DNA of 64,000 nucleotides from a virus: positions 32,001-96,000 of IMG/VR virus record IMGVR_UViG_3300017917_002349. One strand, 5' to 3'. A model generated the notes under the pieces. The model was given only the letters and a program-made list of their open reading frames with translations, was not told the DNA's origin and did not search any database. Positions 49,845 through 58,790 of the stretch are shown here, in pieces. The position numbers were made by a program, and so were the translations under genes. Every line of letters begins with the position of its first letter. Within the stretch, counting starts at the first letter, position 1.

Positions 49845-50687
49845 ATGAGAGTCAAACTTTATAAAGAATACGGTGCGCTGAACAGTGGTCCTGTCTTTGC
49901 GGCAGTAGAGCAAGGATTGAAGCACATAGGCTGTCAGATAGTCAACGAGGGTCAAGACCTAGATGTGATTTGGTCAGTTTTATGGCAAGGACGTATGCAG
50001 GCCAATAAACGTGTATATGAAACAGCCAAATCACAGTGCAGACCCGTAATGATCATCGAAGTTGGAAATTTATTCAGAGGCAGAACATGGAGATTGTCTT
50101 TAGATAATATCAACGGGCTAGGAAATTTCGCCAATGACACTAACCTTGACCCGAATAGACCTAAAAAACTAGGAATAGATCTCAGGCCACCTGCTACTGC
50201 TAGAAAAAAAGACATATTAGTCATTGGGCAACATCATCACAGCCTTCAATGGCATAAAAAACAGCCAATGTCCGATTGGGTTTCGCAGACTCTGACAGAA
50301 ATACGGCAGCACACAGACAGACCTATAGTGATTAGGCCGCACCCACGTAACCCGTTTTCATTAAACATACCTGGAATCCGGGTTGAGTATCCTCAACAGG
50401 TTCCAGGAACCTATGACGATTTCAATTTTGATCCTTTTTATCATTGTGTACTTAATTTTAACAGTGGTCCTGCAGTGAAAGCAGCCATAGAAGGTGTCCC
50501 AGTCATCACAGATATGTCTAGTTTGGCCTATCCGGTCAGCGACAAATTAGAAAATATAGAAAATCCTCAACTTCCTTCTAGAGAAGATTGGTTTATCAGG
50601 CTCTGCCATACCGAATGGTTCATACCAGAACTGCAACAAGGAATTCCGCAACAGCGGTTGATAGAATATCTGGCCAGAAAGTCTTGA
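49845..50687 (+). CDS. KpsC/KpsS-like transferase, paralogue D
   Basis: Start moved to ATG 49845; IEVG, ILVIGQ, IVIRPHP and NFNSGPAVKAAIEGVP motifs. Confidence 0.6.
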   Translation: MRVKLYKEYGALNSGPVFAAVEQGLKHIGCQIVNEGQDLDVIWSVLWQGRMQANKRVYETAKSQCRPVMIIEVGNLFRGRTWRLSLDNINGLGNFANDTNLDPNRPKKLGIDLRPPATARKKDILVIGQHHHSLQWHKKQPMSDWVSQTLTEIRQHTDRPIVIRPHPRNPFSLNIPGIRVEYPQQVPGTYDDFNFDPFYHCVLNFNSGPAVKAAIEGVPVITDMSSLAYPVSDKLENIENPQLPSREDWFIRLCHTEWFIPELQQGIPQQRLIEYLARKS

Positions 50688-50712
50688 CTTCAGAGACTTT
50701 TTTTGCTATTAT
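50684..50712 (+). promoter_or_regulatory. Sigma70-like promoter with extended -10
   Basis: TTGACT-17 nt-TATTAT with upstream TG; ATG 6 nt downstream. Confidence 0.65.
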
Positions 50713-50718
50713 TGTATT

Positions 50719-51906
50719 ATGACTAATTTTGCCTACATAGAAGACGTCTTTCTTCGATTCTGCGACCTCATCTGGCAGGATAAAATCGAAGTCTTGCCCT
50801 ATGACTTTAATATTTGTAGTAGTCTTACCCAGCAGCTTCATGATCAAAAGCTGATTACAGCCAATCAGGCAAATTTTATTCTCAAGATTTTATCAAGGTA
50901 TGTCTCGATAGCAGCCGAACACGGTGTGATATATCAGGACAACCTTGAAAATCCAATATGGAAAAATAAATTCCGTGTAGTGGACCTAGAAAAAAGAATT
51001 TTCATAGAACACACCGCTGATAGTATCAATATCTGTTTCAAATTTCCTTACTCGCTGAAAAATTTATTTGATAAAGAAATTGAAAAAGATGTTCCCTATG
51101 GCACCAGCTCATGGGATGCTGATAGAAAATTGAGAATAGGTAATTTCTACAATTATAATATCATACAGGTCTATGAATTTTGTAAGAAACATGACTTTTC
51201 TATCGACGACACCTTCCTTGATGCTGTCAGCCAAGTAGAAGAAATCTGGGAACAACAGGAAGAAATGAATTTTACCTCAAAAATTCTTGACGGTGAAATC
51301 ATATTATCTAATACGTCCGAAGACGTGTCAAATTATTGGTCGCAACATCGAAGCGATGATGTGATCAAAGACAGTTTTTTGGCAAAATCTATGGGTTACC
51401 CTATCAGATATGATCATACACCTAACAGTATATTTGAAAAAATCTGTTCCGAATCAGAAAAAATGTTCTGGTTGAAAACCTATGAAGATTTTTTCAGTGT
51501 ACACACAGCGGTAGGCGGAATCTCTGTGATCTTGTTAGACAGGAATACTAAGGATTTGGTCGAATATCTTAAAAACTTAGTTTCTATAGCCGATCAATTT
51601 GTTGATCGATCAGATATCAAGATCTGTTTCAGGGAAGAAAAAGCACAAAATTCAAATTTAAACAACTGGATTAAATCGTCGGGCCTAGGAGGTAAGGTTG
51701 ATCAAGGAAAAATCTTGATTTTTCAACACAAACCGGCCAAATGGTTGTTTACAAAAAATGTAGATGTTAAAATTATTGGTACTAACAGTTATACTCCTCA
51801 CATGGAACCTATATCGTCTAGTTGGATACAGAGTCATCCCTGTGTATTATACATAGGCGATGTTAAACCAACATCGACAAGGAATAAAAAAATTGTCAAC
51901 TTGTAA
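50719..51906 (+). CDS. Hypothetical protein upstream of uvsW
   Basis: 395-aa ORF with its own promoter. Confidence 0.65.
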   Translation: MTNFAYIEDVFLRFCDLIWQDKIEVLPYDFNICSSLTQQLHDQKLITANQANFILKILSRYVSIAAEHGVIYQDNLENPIWKNKFRVVDLEKRIFIEHTADSINICFKFPYSLKNLFDKEIEKDVPYGTSSWDADRKLRIGNFYNYNIIQVYEFCKKHDFSIDDTFLDAVSQVEEIWEQQEEMNFTSKILDGEIILSNTSEDVSNYWSQHRSDDVIKDSFLAKSMGYPIRYDHTPNSIFEKICSESEKMFWLKTYEDFFSVHTAVGGISVILLDRNTKDLVEYLKNLVSIADQFVDRSDIKICFREEKAQNSNLNNWIKSSGLGGKVDQGKILIFQHKPAKWLFTKNVDVKIIGTNSYTPHMEPISSSWIQSHPCVLYIGDVKPTSTRNKKIVNL

Positions 51907-53347
51907 ATTAATCATAAAAGATGAAGTCAATATCCGAGTAGAAGGACTTGCAGTTGAGACAAGACGTAAAATTGTCAACGAATTAAAATTCGATCTACCA
52001 TATGCACGCCACATGCCAGCATATAAATTAGGTCGATGGGACGGAACCAAGACCTATTTTGGTATCGGGGGTACAGGTTACCTTGCTCATCTAGATGTTA
52101 TATTACCTATCATAGAACAATCTGGATATGATATCGAAATTGAGGATTTAAGACAGCATCTATCATTTAAATTTCCTACCATAGGAGAAAATTACTGGGC
52201 AGATCAAGGTAAGACTTGGCCTAAAGGACATCCTGAAGCAGGTAAGCCTATTATCCTACGTGATTATCAATATGACGTTGTCAATAAATTTTTAGAAAAT
52301 CCACAGGCTCTACAGGAGGTAGCCACAGGTGCAGGCAAGACTATTACTACGGCGACGTTATCGCATCTTTGTGAGGTATATGGTCGTACAATGGTTATTG
52401 TTCCGAACAAATCGCTTGTTGTCCAGACTGAAGAAGACTACAAAAATCTAGGATTAGATGTAGGTGTTTATTTTGGCGACCGTAAAGAATTAAATCGTAC
52501 ACACACTATCTGCACATGGCAAAGTCTTAATGTGCTAGACAAGAAAAGTTATGATTCTGAGACATTATCCTTAGCTGAATTCTGCGAAGGAGTTGTAGCA
52601 GTAATAGTAGACGAAGTGCATCAGGCCAAAGCCGATGTTCTGACGAAATTGCTCACACAGAATTTTAGACATTGTGCCATACGATGGGGACTTACAGGAA
52701 CAGTACCGAGAGAAAAATGGGAGTTTCATGGAATACTAGCCAGTATAGGACCTGTGATTAATCAGGTTTCGGCACATGATCTACAACAGAAAGATGTATT
52801 GGCTCAATTGCATATCAATATACTTCAAACCACTGATGTTCAGGTGTTCAGGTCCTACCAAGAAGAATATACGTATCTGGTCACAGATAGTACTAGGATG
52901 GATTGGCTGGGTGCAAAAATCAAAGAAATTTCTCAATCAGGAAACACATTGGTATTAGTTAACAGGATTGATACCGGAAATAAATTGATGACTTTGATAC
53001 CCGAAGCAGTGTTTATTTCCGGTGCGGTAAAACTAGATGATAGAAAAGAAGAATATGATGAAATTAAAACAAGCGATAACAAGATTATTGTGGCGACTTA
53101 CGGTGTGGCCGCTGTTGGTATTAATATCCCTAGGATTTTTAATCTGGTTCTTTTGGAACCCGGAAAGAGCTTTGTTCGCGTTATACAATCAATTGGACGC
53201 GGTATTCGCAAAGCAGAAGACAAAGACTTCGTACAGATCTGGGATATAACCAGCACCTGCAAATATGCCAAGAGACATCTTACAGAAAGAAAAAAATATT
53301 ATAAAGAAGCCAAATATCCTTTTACAGTATCCAAGGTAACAATATGA
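51893..53347 (+). CDS. uvsW: SF2 DNA helicase UvsW-like
   Basis: Likely TTG start at 51893 after AAGGA; LRDYQ, ATGAGKT, DEVH, GLTGT and QSIGRGIR motifs. Confidence 0.9.
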   Translation: MSTCKLIIKDEVNIRVEGLAVETRRKIVNELKFDLPYARHMPAYKLGRWDGTKTYFGIGGTGYLAHLDVILPIIEQSGYDIEIEDLRQHLSFKFPTIGENYWADQGKTWPKGHPEAGKPIILRDYQYDVVNKFLENPQALQEVATGAGKTITTATLSHLCEVYGRTMVIVPNKSLVVQTEEDYKNLGLDVGVYFGDRKELNRTHTICTWQSLNVLDKKSYDSETLSLAEFCEGVVAVIVDEVHQAKADVLTKLLTQNFRHCAIRWGLTGTVPREKWEFHGILASIGPVINQVSAHDLQQKDVLAQLHINILQTTDVQVFRSYQEEYTYLVTDSTRMDWLGAKIKEISQSGNTLVLVNRIDTGNKLMTLIPEAVFISGAVKLDDRKEEYDEIKTSDNKIIVATYGVAAVGINIPRIFNLVLLEPGKSFVRVIQSIGRGIRKAEDKDFVQIWDITSTCKYAKRHLTERKKYYKEAKYPFTVSKVTI

Positions 53348-53850
53348 AAATTTTAACACTCAATAACAGATCTTTTGATCTAAACGAATTGCCCGATGAA
53401 GTCGATGAAGACACTAGATTTTCAGTCTTAGACAACAGTAACTCTGTCGAACCTGATTTCTTTTTCATGCCATTGATTTTTCTTGAGTCATTTAACAGTC
53501 CTGCGATTTTATTAAACATCGGTGGTTACGAAGTTCAAATGCCGTTAGATTGGTGTATGGTAGTAGGCGATAAAGATTGTGGTCTAGATCCCGAAGTACT
53601 GCCTCTGACCAGCCTAAATGAAAGAGGGTTTGATGCATTTGTGTTCAACCCCATCGGAGGATTTAGATGTGAATACATGCCCATCGAGATAGTAAATATC
53701 TATCAAGATGTCCGCTGGTATTTTCCTAAAATGAAAAACGGACAACTTTTAACCGTGCCCTTAAACGACGATGAAAATCCGCCATGTGTATATTTTGTCA
53801 AAGAGATTTCTAGACAGAGTGAAATTATTCAATTGGATAAATTAATCTAA
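53344..53850 (+). CDS. Hypothetical beta-rich protein
   Basis: 168 aa, coupled to uvsW. Confidence 0.65.
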   Translation: MKILTLNNRSFDLNELPDEVDEDTRFSVLDNSNSVEPDFFFMPLIFLESFNSPAILLNIGGYEVQMPLDWCMVVGDKDCGLDPEVLPLTSLNERGFDAFVFNPIGGFRCEYMPIEIVNIYQDVRWYFPKMKNGQLLTVPLNDDENPPCVYFVKEISRQSEIIQLDKLI

Positions 53851-54089
53851 TGCCCATGGATAGTCTTTTTTATGAAAGTTCCGACGACGCATTTAAAAGA
53901 AGATGCATCGGTTGGGAATTAAAATTTATTCTATGGCCTAGACAATGCCATTACTCGAAAAAATGGTTATGGTTAAAGAATGCCTACCTAGGTGTGAGCA
54001 TGTTAACAGGTCCCGGAGAACCTATATTTGAATATAGGTGGTGTGATAAAAATCAATATCTATTTGAAAAAATAAAGGGCAGAATATGA
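53850..54089 (+). CDS. Small Trp-rich hypothetical protein
   Basis: 79 aa, coupled on both sides. Confidence 0.55.
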   Translation: MPMDSLFYESSDDAFKRRCIGWELKFILWPRQCHYSKKWLWLKNAYLGVSMLTGPGEPIFEYRWCDKNQYLFEKIKGRI

Positions 54090-54622
54090 AAACAGGAAAA
54101 AAATTATTATCTGTTTCGGCGGCCTATACCACTAAAAATGCTTCTAATAGACGAGAACTATTCATCAATGATCTTGTTAAATTATTTAATTGGACCGTGG
54201 GTGCTGAAATTGGTGTTAGGGAAGGAAGGACTTCTTTCTGTTTATTGAATGATAATAAAACGCTGAAAATATATGCTGTGGATAAAGATATTTCTCAATT
54301 TTATAATTCAAAGATAAGAGAAAAATACAAAGAACGATTAATAGCCTTAGAGGGAATTAGTTGGGAAATGTCCCAAGGTGTAGCTGACGAAAGTCTAGAT
54401 TTTGTATTCATTGATGCAGGACATGGCTATAAATCTGTGATGAAAGATCTTGAATCATGGATACCTAAATTGAAAAAAACAGGATGGCTAATAGGCCATG
54501 ATATTAATTTTCCTGCTGTGTATCAAGCAGTATCGGAACGCTGTAAAGATTTTAAAATAGGACCGGATAATGTTTGGTTCTTATCGCCCAGTGGCGATTA
54601 CACTATGTTGGAGAAAATATGA
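54086..54622 (+). CDS. Class I SAM-dependent methyltransferase
   Basis: AEIGVREG, YAVD, LDFVFIDAGHGY and GWLIGHD motifs. Confidence 0.82.
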   Translation: MKTGKKLLSVSAAYTTKNASNRRELFINDLVKLFNWTVGAEIGVREGRTSFCLLNDNKTLKIYAVDKDISQFYNSKIREKYKERLIALEGISWEMSQGVADESLDFVFIDAGHGYKSVMKDLESWIPKLKKTGWLIGHDINFPAVYQAVSERCKDFKIGPDNVWFLSPSGDYTMLEKI

Positions 54623-54972
54623 TCGCAGGTAAAGTGTGGGGTAAAACTGAATTGTTAGAAGCCAACGGAGTTTTAGAATTCCATAGAATAGAAATTAAAA
54701 AGGGCGGTGTCTGTTCGAAACACAAACATCGGCACAAATGGAATGGTTTCTTTGTAGAAAAAGGCGCATTGGTCGTACGTGTCTGGAAAAATAATTACGA
54801 TCTTATAGATGAGACGGTGCTTATGGATGGCATGTATACAAAGGTTGCGCCTGGAGAATATCATCAGTTCGAGGCACTAGAAGATACAGTAGCATTCGAA
54901 TTATATTGGGCAGAATTTGATCACGACGACATTGAAAGAGAGACTGTGGGGTATAAAAATGGGCAGACTTAG
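54619..54972 (+). CDS. Cupin-fold protein (sugar isomerase-like)
   Basis: Start moved to ATG 54619; KVWG, SKHKH and PGEYHQF motifs. Confidence 0.75.
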   Translation: MIAGKVWGKTELLEANGVLEFHRIEIKKGGVCSKHKHRHKWNGFFVEKGALVVRVWKNNYDLIDETVLMDGMYTKVAPGEYHQFEALEDTVAFELYWAEFDHDDIERETVGYKNGQT

Positions 54973-55207
54973 ACCCGGAGCCACGTATATCTACGAGCAG
55001 GCCGATGGTGTGACCTATGCTCGAGAATCAGGAGCGCCGGTTACTGAAAGATTCGAAATTGGAAGAACCGTTGGTAGACGAGAATTAGATGAACACAACG
55101 AATGGGTTCAAATAAGATTGGCCGCTAAGAAAAATCCTGCTTTACAACGTGCCGTGGATCATGTTAAACTATTATATAAGATGACAATGGATTATGGGCA
55201 AAAATAA
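54959..55207 (+). CDS. Small hypothetical protein
   Basis: Start moved to ATG 54959; the 3' end contains a TTTACA...TAAACT promoter-like pair. Confidence 0.55.
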   Translation: MGRLRPGATYIYEQADGVTYARESGAPVTERFEIGRTVGRRELDEHNEWVQIRLAAKKNPALQRAVDHVKLLYKMTMDYGQK

Positions 55208-55673
55208 ACATATAGATCTTTTCAAGGACATGATTCCTGCAGTAGATATGGGGCTAAAAGATCTATGGGAAGCTGCTACCGAAGAAGGACGAAAAGAAAT
55301 CAAGGGAGATCTTTGGAATTTAAATCGTTATATCAGTAGTGTCAAAACCAATAATCGAGAACTCCAAGAACACTATGTTCTCACTGTAAATGAATTTTAC
55401 AATAAGAACTGGAACGAGATCTCTAAACATCCCAAGCTTCAATGGATGACCTTGACCTTGGCCAGTCACGAAAGCCGAAAAACACAATTCCATGAATGGC
55501 TGCCTCTCAAAAGAGAAAAAAATAAAAAAGAAGAATTTCTAGCGCAGTTATTTCCTAATATGAAATGGACCGATGTTGAAACACTAGCCAAGGTTACCAC
55601 AGATAAAGAAGTCAAAGAATATTGTACGTCATTAGGCTGGGATAAGAAACAAATTGCAGACATTAAATTATAA
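55194..55673 (+). CDS. Possible clamp-loader small subunit (gp62-like)
   Basis: D...A.D, LNRYIS, N..N, LQW and ..W pattern loosely like gp62; replication context. Confidence 0.4.
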   Translation: MGKNKHIDLFKDMIPAVDMGLKDLWEAATEEGRKEIKGDLWNLNRYISSVKTNNRELQEHYVLTVNEFYNKNWNEISKHPKLQWMTLTLASHESRKTQFHEWLPLKREKNKKEEFLAQLFPNMKWTDVETLAKVTTDKEVKEYCTSLGWDKKQIADIKL

Positions 55674-56340
55674 GTGTGAATACTGCGGCAAAGATTTTGC
55701 TAGAGAAAAGACTCTTGCTGTACATATCTGCGAACAAAAACGTAGACATCTTAGCAAAACCGAAAAGCACGTTCAAGCAGGATTATTAACTTTTCAAAGA
55801 TTCTATGATATTGCACAGAAAGGTAAGACTAAAAAAACATTTGACGAATTTGCACAGAGTCCTTACTACACAGCCTTTGTAAAATTTGGCAGCTTTTTAG
55901 TTAATACTGCTCCCATCTATCCGGAAAGGTTTATAGATTTTGTAATCAAGAGCGGTGTTAAATTAGATCACTGGTGTAGAGACGAACTATATGATCAATA
56001 CATCGTAGAGATGATAAAATCAGAGCCGGCCGACGGGGCTATACAGAGAACCATCAAAACAATGATGGATTGGGCAGATACAAATTCTGCTCCGTGGGAG
56101 CACTATTTTCAATATGTTAATCTAAACAGAGCTACCCACGATATCAAAGAAGGACTGGTCAGTCCGTGGATGGTGTTAAATACCAAGTCAGGCAAGGATA
56201 TGCTTAAAAGGATGAATGACGAACAATTAGAAATAGTTGGTCCAATCATTGATCCGCAATTTTGGTTGCGAAGATTTAAAGCATTACCTGCAGATGTTGA
56301 ACTAATCAAAGATGTGATTAAAGAAGGTAAAATTTTATAA
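55654..56340 (+). CDS. Zn-finger-containing hypothetical protein
   Basis: YKCEYCGKDFAREKTLAVHIC at the N-terminus; TTG start. Confidence 0.65.
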   Translation: MQTLNYKCEYCGKDFAREKTLAVHICEQKRRHLSKTEKHVQAGLLTFQRFYDIAQKGKTKKTFDEFAQSPYYTAFVKFGSFLVNTAPIYPERFIDFVIKSGVKLDHWCRDELYDQYIVEMIKSEPADGAIQRTIKTMMDWADTNSAPWEHYFQYVNLNRATHDIKEGLVSPWMVLNTKSGKDMLKRMNDEQLEIVGPIIDPQFWLRRFKALPADVELIKDVIKEGKIL

Positions 56341-56564
56341 TGAGTAAAAGGCCTAAACAGGAACCTGAAATCGAAGAACTGCGAGAAAACGAAGAATTTA
56401 TTTCAAGAGATGATATAGATATCGAAGTTGTAGTTGCTGATGACAATCCTAGTGTATATGTAAAATTTTCTGGATTTGATGACAACGAAGATGCCGAAGA
56501 ATATGCTCAATTTCTAGCAGAAACATTGCCTCTATTACTTTTCGAAACAACGAGGATACAATGA
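56340..56564 (+). CDS. Small acidic hypothetical protein
   Basis: 74 aa, coupled on both sides. Confidence 0.55.
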   Translation: MSKRPKQEPEIEELRENEEFISRDDIDIEVVVADDNPSVYVKFSGFDDNEDAEEYAQFLAETLPLLLFETTRIQ

Positions 56565-57412
56565 AAAAAATATTAATCATGGGACTGCCCGGATCGGGTA
56601 AAACCTATTTCGCAGAACGGTTGAAAAAATTTCTTGAAGAAAATTCAACCTTAAATCACATGCCTGTAGAAAGCATGATAAATCTTGAGATATTGCCGCA
56701 GTCATGGAATGCCAAGGTTAAATGGTTTAATGCTGACGAAGTCAGAAAGCGATATAACGACTGGGATTTTAGTAAGGAAGGTCGTATCAGACAAAGTATC
56801 AGGATGGCAGAATTCGCATTGACATCTAATGCAGATTTTGTAATTTGTGATTTTGTAGCACCGTTGGTCGAGATGCGCAACAATTTCAAAGCAGATTGGA
56901 CCATCTGGATGGATACTATCAGCGAAGGTAGATACGAAGATACCAATAAGGCATTTATAGCTCCCGAAGTTTATGATTTCCGTATCACAGAACAAAACGC
57001 TGAAAAATGGGTTGAATTTGTAGGCATGCATATCTTAGAGAACAAGCGGCGCCCGAAATTTGACTGGCAGAAAGAAACCGTACAGATGCTGGGACGTTGG
57101 CAGCCATGGCACGACGGTCATCGCGCATTGTTCGAACGTGCCATTGCGAAAACTGGTCAAGTAGTAATACAAATCAGAGACTGCCAAGGATGGCAAGGTT
57201 CTAATCCTTTTGCGATTGAACAGGTTAAAAGCTTCATTAAAAAAGATTTAGATCCTATCTATCAAGGACAGTACGAAATACAGGTAGTGCCGAATGTAGT
57301 TAATATCACCTACGGTAGAGATGTGGGTTATAAGATCGAACAAGAAACCTTTGATGAAAATGTAACTTCTATCTCTGCGACCAAAATTAGAAAAGGTCTA
57401 GGTCTAGCATGA
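56561..57412 (+). CDS. APS-kinase (CysC)-like P-loop kinase fused to an HxGH nucleotidyltransferase
   Basis: GLPGSGKT and NADEVRK...DFSKEGR, then GRWQPWHDGH and ISATKIR. Confidence 0.75.
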   Translation: MKKILIMGLPGSGKTYFAERLKKFLEENSTLNHMPVESMINLEILPQSWNAKVKWFNADEVRKRYNDWDFSKEGRIRQSIRMAEFALTSNADFVICDFVAPLVEMRNNFKADWTIWMDTISEGRYEDTNKAFIAPEVYDFRITEQNAEKWVEFVGMHILENKRRPKFDWQKETVQMLGRWQPWHDGHRALFERAIAKTGQVVIQIRDCQGWQGSNPFAIEQVKSFIKKDLDPIYQGQYEIQVVPNVVNITYGRDVGYKIEQETFDENVTSISATKIRKGLGLA

Positions 57413-57633
57413 ACAAATACCACATCAGATTCAATACCAAACATGGCGGTAGTGATTTGGTGTGGCGTATATTTGAAAATGGTATCGAACATCTGGCCAC
57501 AGATGTTCGCATCGTAGGCGAAACATTCACCGAATGCACATTTGAACACGGTGAAACTAAATGGAACATATCGTGTCTAGGACGTATGGTATGGGTCGAT
57601 CGTGTAGCAGTGATTGTAACAGGCAAAGACTAA
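57409..57633 (+). CDS. Small hypothetical protein
   Basis: 74 aa, ATGA-coupled. Confidence 0.55.
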   Translation: MNKYHIRFNTKHGGSDLVWRIFENGIEHLATDVRIVGETFTECTFEHGETKWNISCLGRMVWVDRVAVIVTGKD

Positions 57634-57649
57634 CAACAGATAAAATAAT

Positions 57650-58228
57650 ATGCCAGATATTGATATAGATTTCTTAGACAGAGACAAAGCACTTCAATGC
57701 TTAGATTTTATAGGTGCTAGTAGGTTAGATAATGGAAAGCTAGTTAAACATAACACAGGAATTTACCTACATGATGTACCAGTTGATGCAGTCACTGGTC
57801 TGTGCCAGTTACCTTATGAACAAGCAGAAAAAGAAGGTTATTTTAAAATTGATTTTTTAAATGTTGGAATTTATAAAGGTGTTCGAGATGAAGAACATCT
57901 TACTAGCCTGATGACTACGGAGCCGTTATGGGATCTATTACAACAAAAAGACTTTGTGGATCTATTATTTCATTTGAACGGACATGGGGATGTTCTGAAG
58001 AAGACCTGCCCTACTTCCGTGGAACAATTAGCTGCGGTCCTTGCCATGATCAGACCCGCCAAGAGACATTTGATTGGTCAGAACTGGACTACGATCATGA
58101 AGGAAGTATGGATCCGTCCGACTACTGAAGAATACTACTTTAAGAAAAGTCATGCCACTGCTTATGCTATGGCGATTGTTGTTCAAATGAATCTCATCTG
58201 CGAAAGTATCAGTTATGGATACAGTTGA
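57650..58228 (+). CDS. Minimal family-C DNA polymerase (DnaE/Pol III alpha) catalytic fragment
   Basis: MPDIDIDF, HNTGIY, FKIDFL, LAMIRP and FKKSHATAYA motifs in DnaE order within only 192 aa. Confidence 0.8.
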   Translation: MPDIDIDFLDRDKALQCLDFIGASRLDNGKLVKHNTGIYLHDVPVDAVTGLCQLPYEQAEKEGYFKIDFLNVGIYKGVRDEEHLTSLMTTEPLWDLLQQKDFVDLLFHLNGHGDVLKKTCPTSVEQLAAVLAMIRPAKRHLIGQNWTTIMKEVWIRPTTEEYYFKKSHATAYAMAIVVQMNLICESISYGYS

Positions 58229-58790
58229 TCTTGATGCGTTTGCGTCTAGCCAGATACAGAGCAAGTTGTGGTTAGTTAAGACGCTAGAGAGAACCTTAGA
58301 ACACAACGAACCTATAGAACCACATATAGGTTATGACATATGGATCTTAGCAGGTTGGTATGGTCTCATTAATTTTATGTTGCAGATAAGAAGCAATATT
58401 AGATTGAACAGTGTTAGATCATTTGATGTAGATCCATTGTGTGCAGAAATTGCAGAAAAAATTAATAGCCTATGGGTTTGGAAAAATTGGGAATTCAAGG
58501 CTGAAACCCAGGATATAAATCAATTAGATTATGTCAGTTCCCCTCATGTTATTATTAATAGTTCAGTAGAACATATGACTTCAAATATATGGTGGGAAAA
58601 TATTCCTATCGGAACTGTGGTATGTCTACAGGCCAGTGATATGGATCATGAAGATCATATCAATAAATTTCACAGCACACATGATATGTTACTGACATAT
58701 CCGCTGAGTGATCTATATTATGAAGGCGTTAAGCGATTTGAATACGATGATTTTTCATTTCATCGTTATATGATTATAGGGATTAAGTAG
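58215..58790 (+). CDS. SAM-dependent methyltransferase-like protein
   Basis: ILAGWYG, SFDVDP, INSSVEHM and RYMIIG motifs. Confidence 0.6.
   Translation: MDTVDLDAFASSQIQSKLWLVKTLERTLEHNEPIEPHIGYDIWILAGWYGLINFMLQIRSNIRLNSVRSFDVDPLCAEIAEKINSLWVWKNWEFKAETQDINQLDYVSSPHVIINSSVEHMTSNIWWENIPIGTVVCLQASDMDHEDHINKFHSTHDMLLTYPLSDLYYEGVKRFEYDDFSFHRYMIIGIK

Noticed and set aside
39247-50687. Bacterial chromosomal capsule/LPS locus or chimeric assembly
   Set aside because: The island is ATGA-coupled to uvsY, carries the same TAAATA motifs as the structural genes, and lacks wzx/wzy/kpsMT-type transport genes.
53344-53850. Standalone Hint/intein-like domain after uvsW
   Set aside because: Size and beta-rich pattern are compatible, but there is no N-terminal Cys/Ser or terminal His-Asn, so it cannot be supported without a structure search.
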